DNA of 37,879 nucleotides from Patescibacteria group bacterium (GTDB lineage: Bacteria; Acidobacteriota; Polarisedimenticolia; JACPZX01; DASXTC01): the NCBI GenBank assembly GCA_035646975.1, contig DASROJ010000210.1, positions 1 through 37,879 on the forward strand, given 5' to 3'. A program made the position numbers and the translations under genes. This document shows, in pieces, positions 1-10,668 of this stretch. The notes under the pieces were generated by a model. It did not search any database, was not told the DNA's origin, and saw nothing but the letters and a program-made list of their open reading frames with translations. The first letter of the stretch is position 1. Each line of letters begins with the position of its first letter.

Positions 1-2192
<2,192 letters not shown>

Positions 2193-2216
2193 GATGTCCT
2201 CCCTGGTGCCTCGAGA

Positions 2217-2888
2217 CTAGTGGGGGCTCAAGCTTGGCGGCTCGCTCGAGTTGCCGGCGGCGTTGTTGGCGGCAAAACCCACAACGGCCGCACCGGCCAC
2301 GATCACGATCGCGGCGCCCCCTGGAGAGCGCCAGAACCCGCCGGTCTTCTTGGGTTTCTTCTGCGGCTGCGGCTCGGGAGGAGACGCCGGTTGATCTTTC
2401 TTGCCTTCCTCTTTCTTGCCCTCGTCTTTCTTGCCTTCGTCCTTCGTCCCCTCCTCCGGCTTGGGGGGAGCGGGCGGGTCATCCTTCGCGTTCTCGCCCG
2501 GCTTCGCAACCGGCTTGAGCGCGAGCGATACCGTCAGCCGCTTGCCTGCATTCGCATCCACCAGAGTATCGGCGGGGTAGAGACCGTGTGAGGTCTCCAC
2601 CGCGAGATCGTAGGAGCCGGCTGGAAGGTTCTGAAGACTGTACATGCCGTTCTGGCCGGTTGGCTGGCTGGTGTAGACCTGGCGTGTCTGCATGTTGGCG
2701 GCCTTGACGCTGACGCCGGCCACCGCGGTGAGTCCATCTGCCGCCAGAACGTTGCCTCGGATTTCCGCGAGCTGGGGCTGACCGATGGCAGCCCTCGACG
2801 CCGGAACCCAGTATCCTGAAATGGCCAGGGTCAGCAGCAGGGCCACCGACCGATCAAGAGTTCCCAGCTTTCGAGTCACGCCACGCAT
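2217..2888 (-). CDS. Secreted protein with carboxypeptidase regulatory-like domain, charged linker and C-terminal hydrophobic tail
   Basis: Signal peptide, IRGNVLAADG...TGQNGMYSLQNLPAGSYDL motif, K/E/P linker, KKTGGFWRSPGGAAIVIVAGAAVVGFAA tail. ATG 2888 follows GGAGG. Confidence 0.75.
   Translation of the reverse strand: MRGVTRKLGTLDRSVALLLTLAISGYWVPASRAAIGQPQLAEIRGNVLAADGLTAVAGVSVKAANMQTRQVYTSQPTGQNGMYSLQNLPAGSYDLAVETSHGLYPADTLVDANAGKRLTVSLALKPVAKPGENAKDDPPAPPKPEEGTKDEGKKDEGKKEEGKKDQPASPPEPQPQKKPKKTGGFWRSPGGAAIVIVAGAAVVGFAANNAAGNSSEPPSLSPH
2395..2454. repeat. 15-nt coding tandem repeat (3 good copies plus 1 degenerate) encoding (D/E)EGKK linker units
   Basis: TCTTTCTTGCCTTCC / TCTTTCTTGCCCTCG / TCTTTCTTGCCTTCG / TCCTTCGTCCCCTCC on the + strand. 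Confidence 0.75.
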
Positions 2889-2981
2889 CCCCGCCTCCAC
2901 CTGTGCCGGAAGTGAACAGAGTACTTGAAGAATACCCACGCCTTGAAGAGAACTCAAGCCAGCGCGAAAGGGTCATTTTCG

Positions 2982-3009
2982 ATCTTATTCGGTCAGGGAT
3001 TGTTGTCAA
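2982..3009 (-). promoter_or_regulatory. Putative sigma70 promoter for the secreted-protein pair
   Basis: Minus strand TTGACA-N16-TAAGAT. Confidence 0.5.
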
Positions 3010-3054
3010 GACAATTCGCGGGCAGGGAAGGCCCGCTGGCGGGGTGTCAAGCGG

Positions 3055-3084
3055 GGCGGCGGAGGCTTCGATTCCTCCGCCGCC
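3055..3084 (-). terminator. GC-rich hairpin just downstream of the small ORF, possible terminator
   Basis: GGCGGCGGAGG-CTTCGATT-CCTCCGCCGCC, a perfect 11-bp stem with no clear U-tract. Confidence 0.4.
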
Positions 3085-3097
3085 TCATCCGTGTGAT

Positions 3098-3307
3098 TCA
3101 GTTCATCCGGATGAAACCGGACATCAGCATGACGAACTTCCGCGTGTCGAGGGGGTAGGCTTCGAGCGCCGCCTGATCCAGGGTCGGCTGTTCCGCGCGC
3201 ATCTTCAGGGCCAGTTCTTCGGCAATGTCCTCGACCCGGGTTCGGATCTCGGACGCGGTCAACACCCGGGGCTGCTGCCCCCTGTGGGCCGCGATCTTCT
3301 CGCTCAT
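3098..3307 (-). CDS. Small hypothetical protein (69 aa)
   Basis: MSEKIAAHRGQQPRVLTASEIRTRVEDIAEELALKMRAEQ...; ATG 3307 is preceded by GGAGGA, composition looks helical, and a hairpin follows. Confidence 0.55.
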   Translation of the reverse strand: MSEKIAAHRGQQPRVLTASEIRTRVEDIAEELALKMRAEQPTLDQAALEAYPLDTRKFVMLMSGFIRMN

Positions 3308-3373
3308 CGAGTTCCATCCTCCAGCGTTCATTCTCCCCTCCAAATCGCCGCTCTTCATGAGATGGTGCCCCCC

Positions 3374-3991
3374 TCAGGACCTCAGCAGCTTTTCGATCTT
3401 CTTCTTGAACTCATCGATCTGAACCGGCTTCCGCATCCAGTCGGTCGCTCCGCACTGCAGGATTTCCTCCTCGGCGCCGTTCTCGATGAATCCCGAGATT
3501 GCCAGGATTCTGGTGCCGGCGGTCTCCGGGTTCGACTTGATGCGTCGGCACGCTTCGTAACCGTCCATGCGCGGCATCCGAAGGTCGAGGATCAGCAGAT
3601 CCGGTTTCAGATCCCCCACCTTGAGGAGCGCCTCGTAGCCATCTTCGGCCATGTCCACCGACAGGGACGCCTCGACCTCCTGCAGCACATCGCGAAGCGC
3701 CTGGCGCACTTCCTTCTCGTCGTCGACGATCAGGATGCGCTTCGGCTCGAGCACGAAGAAGCTGTCGTAGACAGGCATCTGGTGCTGCACGAGGAATTCC
3801 TTGAAGTCCCGGCTGTCGACGCGAAAGTGGCCACCAGGCGTCCGGAACGCCTTGAGTCGGTTGCTCCGGATCCACTTCTTCACCGCGTTGGTCGAAACAT
3901 CGCAGTAGCGGGCGATCTCGCCCGTGGTCAACAGCCTCGACGAGCCCTGGCCCGTCTCTCTCGGCATTTCGCTCATTTCTGCTGGCCTCAT
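3374..3991 (-). CDS. Response regulator: N-terminal excisionase/MerR-like HTH (HTH_17 type) fused to a C-terminal receiver domain
   Basis: LLTTGEIARYCDVSTNAVKKWIRSNRLKAFRTPGGHFRV HTH; receiver RILIVDDE...DLLILDLRMPRMDG...ISG...KP with the phospho-Asp intact. The start could be 3991, 3976 or 3967. Confidence 0.88.
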   Translation of the reverse strand: MRPAEMSEMPRETGQGSSRLLTTGEIARYCDVSTNAVKKWIRSNRLKAFRTPGGHFRVDSRDFKEFLVQHQMPVYDSFFVLEPKRILIVDDEKEVRQALRDVLQEVEASLSVDMAEDGYEALLKVGDLKPDLLILDLRMPRMDGYEACRRIKSNPETAGTRILAISGFIENGAEEEILQCGATDWMRKPVQIDEFKKKIEKLLRS

Positions 3992-4047
3992 CTATTCGAG
4001 GGTGGCGCGCGACGTTTTTTCTATAAGTTCCGATTCTTACGAATCCG

Positions 4048-4076
4048 AATATATTCAGACCTCTCCAGCCTGTCAA
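4048..4076 (-). promoter_or_regulatory. Sigma70 promoter for the response regulator
   Basis: Minus strand TTGACA-N17-TATATT in an AT-rich intergenic stretch. Confidence 0.7.
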
Positions 4077-4094
4077 GCGAAAAAGTGACTCATT

Positions 4095-6329
4095 TCAGGG
4101 GGCCTGGAGCAGCCTTCTGGCCCGTTCAGCGACCGGGGGGCCGTCGTGGCTCCAGAGAGTGGCGTCGAGCTGCGTGGAGGCAGCCGTAAGTTGTTGACGG
4201 GCCTCGGGGATGCGGTTGAGGCGCTGCAGGCACAGCCCTTTCAGGTAGCTGACCGTTCCGGCCGAGATGCCGGCGCCTGGCGCCAGGCTGAGCCGTTCGA
4301 GCGCTTCGCCGAGCGCCGCCTCGTACATCCCATTTTTCATGAGGAGCACGGCAAGACTCAGAAGCGCTGCGTTTCGCTCGTCGCTTCCCGGATGTCCGAG
4401 CGCTTCTTCCAGCCTCGCCCTGAACGACAGCTCGGCAGCCAGCCGGGACGAAAAGCCACCCGGTGCGTCGGGCGAGAGCATCACCGGCGTGGTGCCCACA
4501 ATGATATTGACCTGTCGCGCGGGCGCACCGGCCCCCTGGAGCGACATGGAGGCTTGCGCTCCTTCGTGCAGTGTCGCCAGCGCCGCGGAAAGATCGCGCG
4601 GTGTGGCGATCGGCCGGCCTCCCAGGGAAACGATCGTCTCGCCGATCCTCACTCCCGCTTTCGCGCCGGAGCCGCCCGGCTGCACCCGGTAGACGGTCGG
4701 GTTCATGACCCGATGCAGCTCGATGGCCTGCAGGCCGATCCAGGGCGCGGTGAGCGTCGCCAGCGTGTCGAACCGCTGAAGGAACTCCTTCGTCTGGGTC
4801 TTGTCGTCCAGCGCGATCGTGGCGCGATCGCGCAACGTCGACAGGGGCGCGGCGCCCCCGACGAGTGTCAGCTCGACGCTTCGGCCGAAGGCTCCTTCGC
4901 CAGGCCGGGCCGCGAGGATCAGGTCGGCGCCCGTGGCCGTGGCAACCGAGGAAAGATACGCGGCGGAGAGATCGGCATCTGCCGATGGGCGTTTCCGCGC
5001 CAGAAGAGCTTCGGGAAGACCCGCGCCGGGGCCCAGGACATTCACGCTCTTGAGCTGCCCCAGCAGGTCGCCCAGCTCCTGCTCCCCAGCCGGAGCCTGG
5101 CCGCCGGGGCCGGCGACCGTCATCCCGACATAGGCAAGCGTCATGCGCAGCTTGCCGGTGACCGCCGCGCGTTGCCCCTTCACGACCTCCGAATGTCCTG
5201 TCCATTGCCCCACCGACGGCACGCGCAGCGTCACGTCGTGCCGGCCGCTGCAGATCCCGTCGAGACGGAGGGGCGTCTTGCCGACGGGCTTGCCGTCGAG
5301 GATCGCCTCGGCCCCCGTGGGCGATGAGTCGAGCATCATTCCGCCGAGGCTGGGGCTGAGCTTTATGGGCTCATAGCGCACCGGCAGCAGATCATTGGGA
5401 TCGATCGTGACGGTGATGCTCAGCGCCTGCTGCTCGTAGCAGTCTTTTTCGATCTTCAGCAGATGCGTGCCCGGAGAGACATGGCCGACCTGCAGCGGCG
5501 CGGAGATATCGGCGAGGCTCACGCCGAGTCGCGAGGCCATCTCAGCGTACTCGGCGCCGGCTGCGCCAAACGTGGCGCCGGCCTCTTTGCCGTCCAGACT
5601 GACCTTCGCGCCGGCAGGCGTCGTCGTCACCAGCAGGTCGCGCGCGTTGGGCACCAGGCGCAGCGACCGCTCGAGACGCGCGCCACCGGCGACGACGACC
5701 TTCTCCTGGATCGGGTCGAATCCTTCCATCTCGATCTTCATGTCGTAGGGACCGGCGGAAGTCTCATGGTCGAAGATCGGGGTTCGGCCAATCGGCGACC
5801 CGTTGATCGACACCATCGCGCCGGGCGGCTCGCTGCTGATGTTGAGCGTGCCGACGATCCGCTTGCGGACCTTGTCGTAGATCGCGACGATTTTCGGCGA
5901 GGTGCGTGTGCGATCGATCGGCCAGGAGACGTCGAACTTGATCAGCGCGTCGTAGTCGGCCTCGGCCTCACTGTTGCGGCCCAGGTTCGCGTAGGTGCGG
6001 GCCCTTCCTTCGTAAGCCTGGCCGACGATCTGGCGGGTCAGCGGCATGGTGGAGGACAGCTTGCCCGAGTTCCAGGCGTCGATCACCTCGGTGAACCGTG
6101 CCAGCGCCTCGGGCAGGTCGAGATCCTCGAGCTTCTGGCTGGCCAGCGCCAGCACCGCGCGGTATTTCTCTATCGCGCCCGTGATGTCTTCTTCCTGCTG
6201 GCCCCAGAGAAGCGCCACGCCGAGGAGTGCCACGCCGAGCAGCGCCGGCCATCTCCAGGGCGCCGTCGTTCTCCGCGCGCCGTGCCTACCAGAACCGGAG
6301 TACTGTCTTGCGCCTGGCGTCATGAACAT
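4095..6329 (-). CDS. Exported TPR + multiple PEGA + PDZ domain protein
   Basis: Signal-like ALLGVALLGVALLW; TPR-like helices; PEGA repeats (LNISSEPPGAMVSING, VTTTPAGAKVSLDG, LDSSPTGAEAILDG); PDZ-like WIGL...VQPGGSGAKAGVRIGETIVSLGG; C-terminal TPR. Start moved to ATG 6329 (6323 possible). Confidence 0.8.
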   Translation of the reverse strand: MFMTPGARQYSGSGRHGARRTTAPWRWPALLGVALLGVALLWGQQEEDITGAIEKYRAVLALASQKLEDLDLPEALARFTEVIDAWNSGKLSSTMPLTRQIVGQAYEGRARTYANLGRNSEAEADYDALIKFDVSWPIDRTRTSPKIVAIYDKVRKRIVGTLNISSEPPGAMVSINGSPIGRTPIFDHETSAGPYDMKIEMEGFDPIQEKVVVAGGARLERSLRLVPNARDLLVTTTPAGAKVSLDGKEAGATFGAAGAEYAEMASRLGVSLADISAPLQVGHVSPGTHLLKIEKDCYEQQALSITVTIDPNDLLPVRYEPIKLSPSLGGMMLDSSPTGAEAILDGKPVGKTPLRLDGICSGRHDVTLRVPSVGQWTGHSEVVKGQRAAVTGKLRMTLAYVGMTVAGPGGQAPAGEQELGDLLGQLKSVNVLGPGAGLPEALLARKRPSADADLSAAYLSSVATATGADLILAARPGEGAFGRSVELTLVGGAAPLSTLRDRATIALDDKTQTKEFLQRFDTLATLTAPWIGLQAIELHRVMNPTVYRVQPGGSGAKAGVRIGETIVSLGGRPIATPRDLSAALATLHEGAQASMSLQGAGAPARQVNIIVGTTPVMLSPDAPGGFSSRLAAELSFRARLEEALGHPGSDERNAALLSLAVLLMKNGMYEAALGEALERLSLAPGAGISAGTVSYLKGLCLQRLNRIPEARQQLTAASTQLDATLWSHDGPPVAERARRLLQAP

Positions 6330-7851
6330 AGATCTCCGCGCGCGGGCCGATCGCCAGCGCCGTGGGTGAGCTGAACTCCGCGGCCGTGGCCGGTTGTGAT
6401 TGAATCTTCTGGACAATCTTTCCATCCACCGTCATCACGATCACCGCCGCGGCGCGCTTGTCCAGCACGAACAGGTCGCCGATGTCATCGGCGGCCACCG
6501 CGACAGGCTCCTGCAGCTCCTGGTCGGCGCCAGCCGGCACCGGGACTTCCTTCGACACCCCCTCGGCCGAGATCTCGAGGACCCTGCGCGATCTGCGATC
6601 GATGGTGTAGAGCCTTCCTCCCGCCCCGACGGCCAGACCCGCCAGCCGGGCGCGTCCCGTGGCGTCGCGGTACAGCAGCTTCAGCTTCGCCGCGTCGCCC
6701 GTGTAGAGCAGGATCTCGTTGCGATCCTCATCGAGAAGCGCCAGATCCTTGAGCCCGATACGCACCGCGGCGACGATCCGCGTCAGCGGCCGCGCGGTTC
6801 CCCCTTCCTGCCGGCTGGGCGAAATGCTCTCCGCACCGGATCGGACCTTGCTCCCCGCGGCGAGGATCTCCACGCCGGCCGGATCCAAGGTCAATGACAC
6901 GCCGCCGGGCATCGGCGCGCCGGTGGACAGCAGCTTGCCTTCATGATCCAGCCGGTAGAGCGCGCCCGTGCGACTGTCGAGCAGGTGCAGCGCGTTGGCG
7001 CCATCCACGGCAAGAGCGGCGTCGCCGCGCGCCGCTTCGGCAGGCAGCGCCGGCGCATACGAGGGATCGTGCGCGAAGGGCGGCTTGCCCGACACACCGG
7101 ACCTGACCTTGAGCGTGTAGATCTGTGTCGTGCGGTCGAGACACCGGGAAGCGAGATGGCTGGTGGGATACTGGTTGCGTACGGTCTGAAACTCTTCGAG
7201 CGCGCGGATCCAGGCGCCCTGGTTCATCCAGGCCAACCCCATCTGGTAATGGGCGTCGTCGGCCGCCGGCCCGTGCGGAAACTCTTCCGCCACGCGCGCG
7301 AACGATCCGATTGACTTGTCGTACCGGGCGGCGAGGTAATCGGCGTAGCCGGCGCCGAACAGCGCCCGGTCGACCTGGGGGCTCGCCGGGTAGATGTTCA
7401 CCACACCCGAGAAGGCGGCATAGGCTTCATCGAGACTGCGCTGCGGGTTGGACGGGTCCAGGGCGATCCATCCGAGCTTGAGCAGGGCACCCGGCGCGTT
7501 GTCCTCGCCCGGATACTTCGTCTTGATCTTCTGGAACAGGTCCCGTGCCTTGACGATCGACGCTTCGGGGATGGTGCCCAGGGCGTCCACCGTGTCGACC
7601 GGGTAGTAGTAGCTGCCGATCCGAAAAAGAGCGTCATCCGCCAGACCGCTGTCGGGATAGGCGGTGTAGACCTGCTCGAAGTCGCGAAGAGCCTGCTCGA
7701 CCTTGCCTTCCTTCAGCAACTGGTCGGCGTTGTCCAGAGTCCGGTGCGCCAGTTCGTCGTCGGCGGGCGAGCCCAGCGTGAGCGCGCAGGCGAGCACGGC
7801 CGGCCCGACCAGGGCTGCGAGCCGAGCACGGCGCCTTCGAGGGATTCTCAT
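6286..7851 (-). CDS. Exported TPR (BamD/YbgF-like repeats) + NHL-type beta-propeller protein
   Basis: Signal peptide; repeated YPDSGLADDALFRIG / YPGEDNAPGALLKLG / YPASPQVDRALFGAG / FPHGPAADDAHYQMG; C-terminal NHL-like repeats (PVAVAADDIGDLFVLD, PTALAIGPRAEIYVHD). ATG 7851 overlaps the kinase TGA. Confidence 0.8.
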   Translation of the reverse strand: MRIPRRRRARLAALVGPAVLACALTLGSPADDELAHRTLDNADQLLKEGKVEQALRDFEQVYTAYPDSGLADDALFRIGSYYYPVDTVDALGTIPEASIVKARDLFQKIKTKYPGEDNAPGALLKLGWIALDPSNPQRSLDEAYAAFSGVVNIYPASPQVDRALFGAGYADYLAARYDKSIGSFARVAEEFPHGPAADDAHYQMGLAWMNQGAWIRALEEFQTVRNQYPTSHLASRCLDRTTQIYTLKVRSGVSGKPPFAHDPSYAPALPAEAARGDAALAVDGANALHLLDSRTGALYRLDHEGKLLSTGAPMPGGVSLTLDPAGVEILAAGSKVRSGAESISPSRQEGGTARPLTRIVAAVRIGLKDLALLDEDRNEILLYTGDAAKLKLLYRDATGRARLAGLAVGAGGRLYTIDRRSRRVLEISAEGVSKEVPVPAGADQELQEPVAVAADDIGDLFVLDKRAAAVIVMTVDGKIVQKIQSQPATAAEFSSPTALAIGPRAEIYVHDARRKTVLRFW

Positions 7852-9887
7852 CACGGACTGAACTTGAACGGCACCCGCGTTCCGCCGCCGGCCGTGATGG
7901 TCACGCTGGTTTCCTTCGTCTCGCCCGTGGGGACGTACACCGCCTTGATGGTGTAGGCGCCCGCCGCCACTCTGAAGTCGTTGATCGGTGGGGGTCCCAG
8001 ATCGTGGCCGTTGAGCGAGATGGTGCAGTTGCTCGGCGAGGCGAGCACGGTGAGCGTTCCCACGCCCGGGAGCCCGGCGTCTGGCGCCAGCACCTTGTCG
8101 GCCTGCACCGTGACGTTGATCGTTCGCTCCACGAACAGCTCCTCGTTTTTCAGCACCAGCTTGTGCGCGCCGCCCGACAGCTTGATCTGCGCTCCCGAGC
8201 GGCCCAGCTCCTTGCCGTTTTCGAAGATGGAGACCGGGTAGGGCGCCGAGATCTTCACGAACCCCACCGGCACCTTTGCCAGCGTGAGGCTGACTGGTCC
8301 ACCCGGTTTTTCGAGCTTCGTCTCCAGATCCTTGTACCCCTCGAGCCTGAGCGACATGGCGTGCGTTCCGCAGGCCGGCACGGGAATGTCCGCCGGCGTG
8401 ACCTTGCCGGTGTCCTTGCCGTCGAGAAGAACTCTCGCGCCGGCCGGCTGCGTGGTCACCGGCGCCGCCACGATCTTCGGAGTCTTCAGCGGGATCGAGT
8501 GGATCGCGCCGTCGGCGTCCTGCCCGGCGCGCCACGACACCTTCTCGATGAAGCAGTCGTTCTCGGCGACGATGGTGTGCGTCGCGGTCTCCTTTTTCGG
8601 GACATGCATGACGCCGTTGGGCGTCTCCACGTCATCGATGTAGATTTTGCCGCCTGGCGGGCTGGTCTGCCAGGTGATTGCGATCGCGTCGGAGCCTCCG
8701 GGTGTGACGGGAAGGGCTCCCCCGCCGGCTCCGGCGGCAAGGATTCCCGCGGTTCGATAAAACGGCTGCGCTCCCGCCGAATCCGACCGCCCCCATCGAT
8801 CGTCGAGGGTGCCTGCCGCCGGGACGAGCAATACCAGCGCGAGCGCGCCCAGAAGCATGAACCCGACGCGAAGCGGATGCGTCCGGGTGGCCGGCTTCGG
8901 GGCCGCCACGGTCCGCGCGGCGGCCGGGGCGGGCCCAAGCCTGACCGTTCTTGCGGGCGCCATCTCCGGTTTGACCGAGGGCGCGGCGGCCGGGACGGGA
9001 CGGGCCACGACTCTCATCGGGCGTGTGACCCCAACCCCTTCGGCGAGCAGCTCCTCCCCTTCACCCTGCAACGCCGCGGCCAGCGCCGCGGCCAGCGCAG
9101 TTCCCGTCTGGTAGCGTCGGTCCGGATCCTTGGCCAGCGCCCTGACGAGAACCTGCGCGACGTACTCGGGGATCTCCTTGTTGCTCACCATCGGCGCGGG
9201 TGGCTGCTCGTTGAGAATCCTGTAGATGATGGTGGTCACGGTGTCGCCGGGGAATGGCCGCTCGCCGGTCAGCAGCTCGTAGAGCACCGCGGCGAGCGAA
9301 AAAAGATCGCTGCGGCCATCCAGGGTCCTGCCCATCACCTGCTCGGGCGACATGTAGTTGGGCGTCCCGATCAGGATCCCTTCCTGTGTCAGATTGGTTG
9401 TCGGATTCTTCGCGAGACCGAAGTCGGTGATCTTGAGCCGCCCGTTCTTCAGCAGCATCAGGTTGGCCGGCTTGATGTCCCGGTGGACGATCCGCTGCTG
9501 GTGCGCGTAGTCGAGCGCCTCGCAGGCTTGCACGACCAGCCCGATGACCTTGGACACCGGCAGCAGTTTGTCCTTCCGCGTGTACCGCTCGAGGGTCTCT
9601 CCCTCGATGTACTCCATCGCGATGAACCATGTCCCGTCATGTTCGCCGACATCGAAGATGGTGACGATGCCGGGATGCTGCAGCCGGCCGGCGGCCTGCG
9701 CCTCCCGCGTGAACCGCTGCCTTATCTCCTCGGCTTCCAGATCGGGAAGGACGTGCAGGGCATGGATGGTCTTGATGGCGACCTGGCGATCGATGCGCGG
9801 GTCGTGGGCCAGATAGACAACTCCCATGGCCCCATGGCCGATTTCGCTGATGATCTCGTACCGGCCTATGTTCCCAGGGGTCGTCAT
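7851..9887 (-). CDS. Transmembrane Hanks-type Ser/Thr protein kinase with extracytoplasmic PEGA domains
   Basis: GHGAMGVV, VAIK, HRDIKPAN, DFG and GTPNYMSPEQ are all intact; Pro/Ala linker; one TM (GFMLLGALALVLLVP); PEGA repeats (TTQPAGARVLLDG, LASPSNCTISLNG). Confidence 0.92.
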   Translation of the reverse strand: MTTPGNIGRYEIISEIGHGAMGVVYLAHDPRIDRQVAIKTIHALHVLPDLEAEEIRQRFTREAQAAGRLQHPGIVTIFDVGEHDGTWFIAMEYIEGETLERYTRKDKLLPVSKVIGLVVQACEALDYAHQQRIVHRDIKPANLMLLKNGRLKITDFGLAKNPTTNLTQEGILIGTPNYMSPEQVMGRTLDGRSDLFSLAAVLYELLTGERPFPGDTVTTIIYRILNEQPPAPMVSNKEIPEYVAQVLVRALAKDPDRRYQTGTALAAALAAALQGEGEELLAEGVGVTRPMRVVARPVPAAAPSVKPEMAPARTVRLGPAPAAARTVAAPKPATRTHPLRVGFMLLGALALVLLVPAAGTLDDRWGRSDSAGAQPFYRTAGILAAGAGGGALPVTPGGSDAIAITWQTSPPGGKIYIDDVETPNGVMHVPKKETATHTIVAENDCFIEKVSWRAGQDADGAIHSIPLKTPKIVAAPVTTQPAGARVLLDGKDTGKVTPADIPVPACGTHAMSLRLEGYKDLETKLEKPGGPVSLTLAKVPVGFVKISAPYPVSIFENGKELGRSGAQIKLSGGAHKLVLKNEELFVERTINVTVQADKVLAPDAGLPGVGTLTVLASPSNCTISLNGHDLGPPPINDFRVAAGAYTIKAVYVPTGETKETSVTITAGGGTRVPFKFSP

Positions 9888-9941
9888 CTGTTTTGCTCGG
9901 CCCAGCAAAGCTTAATGACCGCCCCCGGCCGAGTCAATCGT

Positions 9942-10655
9942 TCAGGCTCCTTTGCGCAGTCTTTCGCCAAGACCCGGTGGAGCCTCCCGGCCCTCCAGGG
10001 CCCGGACGGTCCTGTCGATATCGTATCCAAATCGCCGGAATACGACCTTCACTTCGGCGTCGGCCTGGATCACCGCATAACCGGTCTGCGGGTTGCCATC
10101 CCGGGGCCGGCCGAGACTGGCGACATTGAGGAAGTGTCTGCCATCGATCGAACGGTGGAAGCTGCGGGGCGAGCACCCGATGGCGATGACATCGGCCCTG
10201 GCGGCCTCGCCATACTCGATGAACCGCGCTTCGGGCATCTCCTGGGTCAGGCAGTCATGCATGTCGATCGGGCCGGCATGATACACCGCCACGCGACGTT
10301 GACCGCCGTGGCTGCTCGCGCCGAACGGCAGATCGGCCAGCCAGCGCTTGTCGAGCAGGTCCATCCGCCGCCGGGTCCAGTCAAACGACGCTTCGGCCAG
10401 CGCCTGCTCCGCCGGGTCCGATTCACGGCCACCGCTGTCGTCGCCGTCCCAGCCGATGCCTTCGTCAAAGCCGCCGCGAGCGCCCTGGACGTTTCTGTCG
10501 CGCAGAAAGGCGACGCATTCGTCGGGGTATGGGCCGAAGCCGACCACGTCTCCCGTGTGGGCGATCCAGTCGTATCCTTCTTTCTCAGCCTCCGCCCACG
10601 AGGCTTCCAGGGCGGGGAGGTTGCCGCAGATGGCGCCAAAAACGATTGTCTTCAT
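9942..10655 (-). CDS. Calcineurin-like metallophosphoesterase-fold protein (YfcE/MJ0936-like) with degenerate metal-binding motifs
   Basis: The scaffold matches the family (GNLPALEA, GDVVGFGPYPDE, LNVASLGRPRDGNP), but DxH reads AxC, GNxD reads GGFD and GHxH reads GCSP. ATG 10655 follows GAGG. Confidence 0.8.
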   Translation of the reverse strand: MKTIVFGAICGNLPALEASWAEAEKEGYDWIAHTGDVVGFGPYPDECVAFLRDRNVQGARGGFDEGIGWDGDDSGGRESDPAEQALAEASFDWTRRRMDLLDKRWLADLPFGASSHGGQRRVAVYHAGPIDMHDCLTQEMPEARFIEYGEAARADVIAIGCSPRSFHRSIDGRHFLNVASLGRPRDGNPQTGYAVIQADAEVKVVFRRFGYDIDRTVRALEGREAPPGLGERLRKGA

Positions 10656-10668
10656 GACCCTCAACCTA

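Noticed and set aside
3102-3115. Perfect 14-bp palindrome TTCATCCGGATGAA
   Set aside because: A single copy inside the small ORF's last codons with no other support; chance is plausible.
3780-3991. Excisionase-like HTH as a sign of a prophage or ICE
   Set aside because: It is fused to a receiver domain, and there is no integrase, att repeat or phage gene in the window.
7820-7851. Tat signal (RRRR) on the TPR-propeller protein
   Set aside because: It lacks the S/T-R-R-x-F-L-K consensus, and Arg-rich N-termini are common at this GC content.
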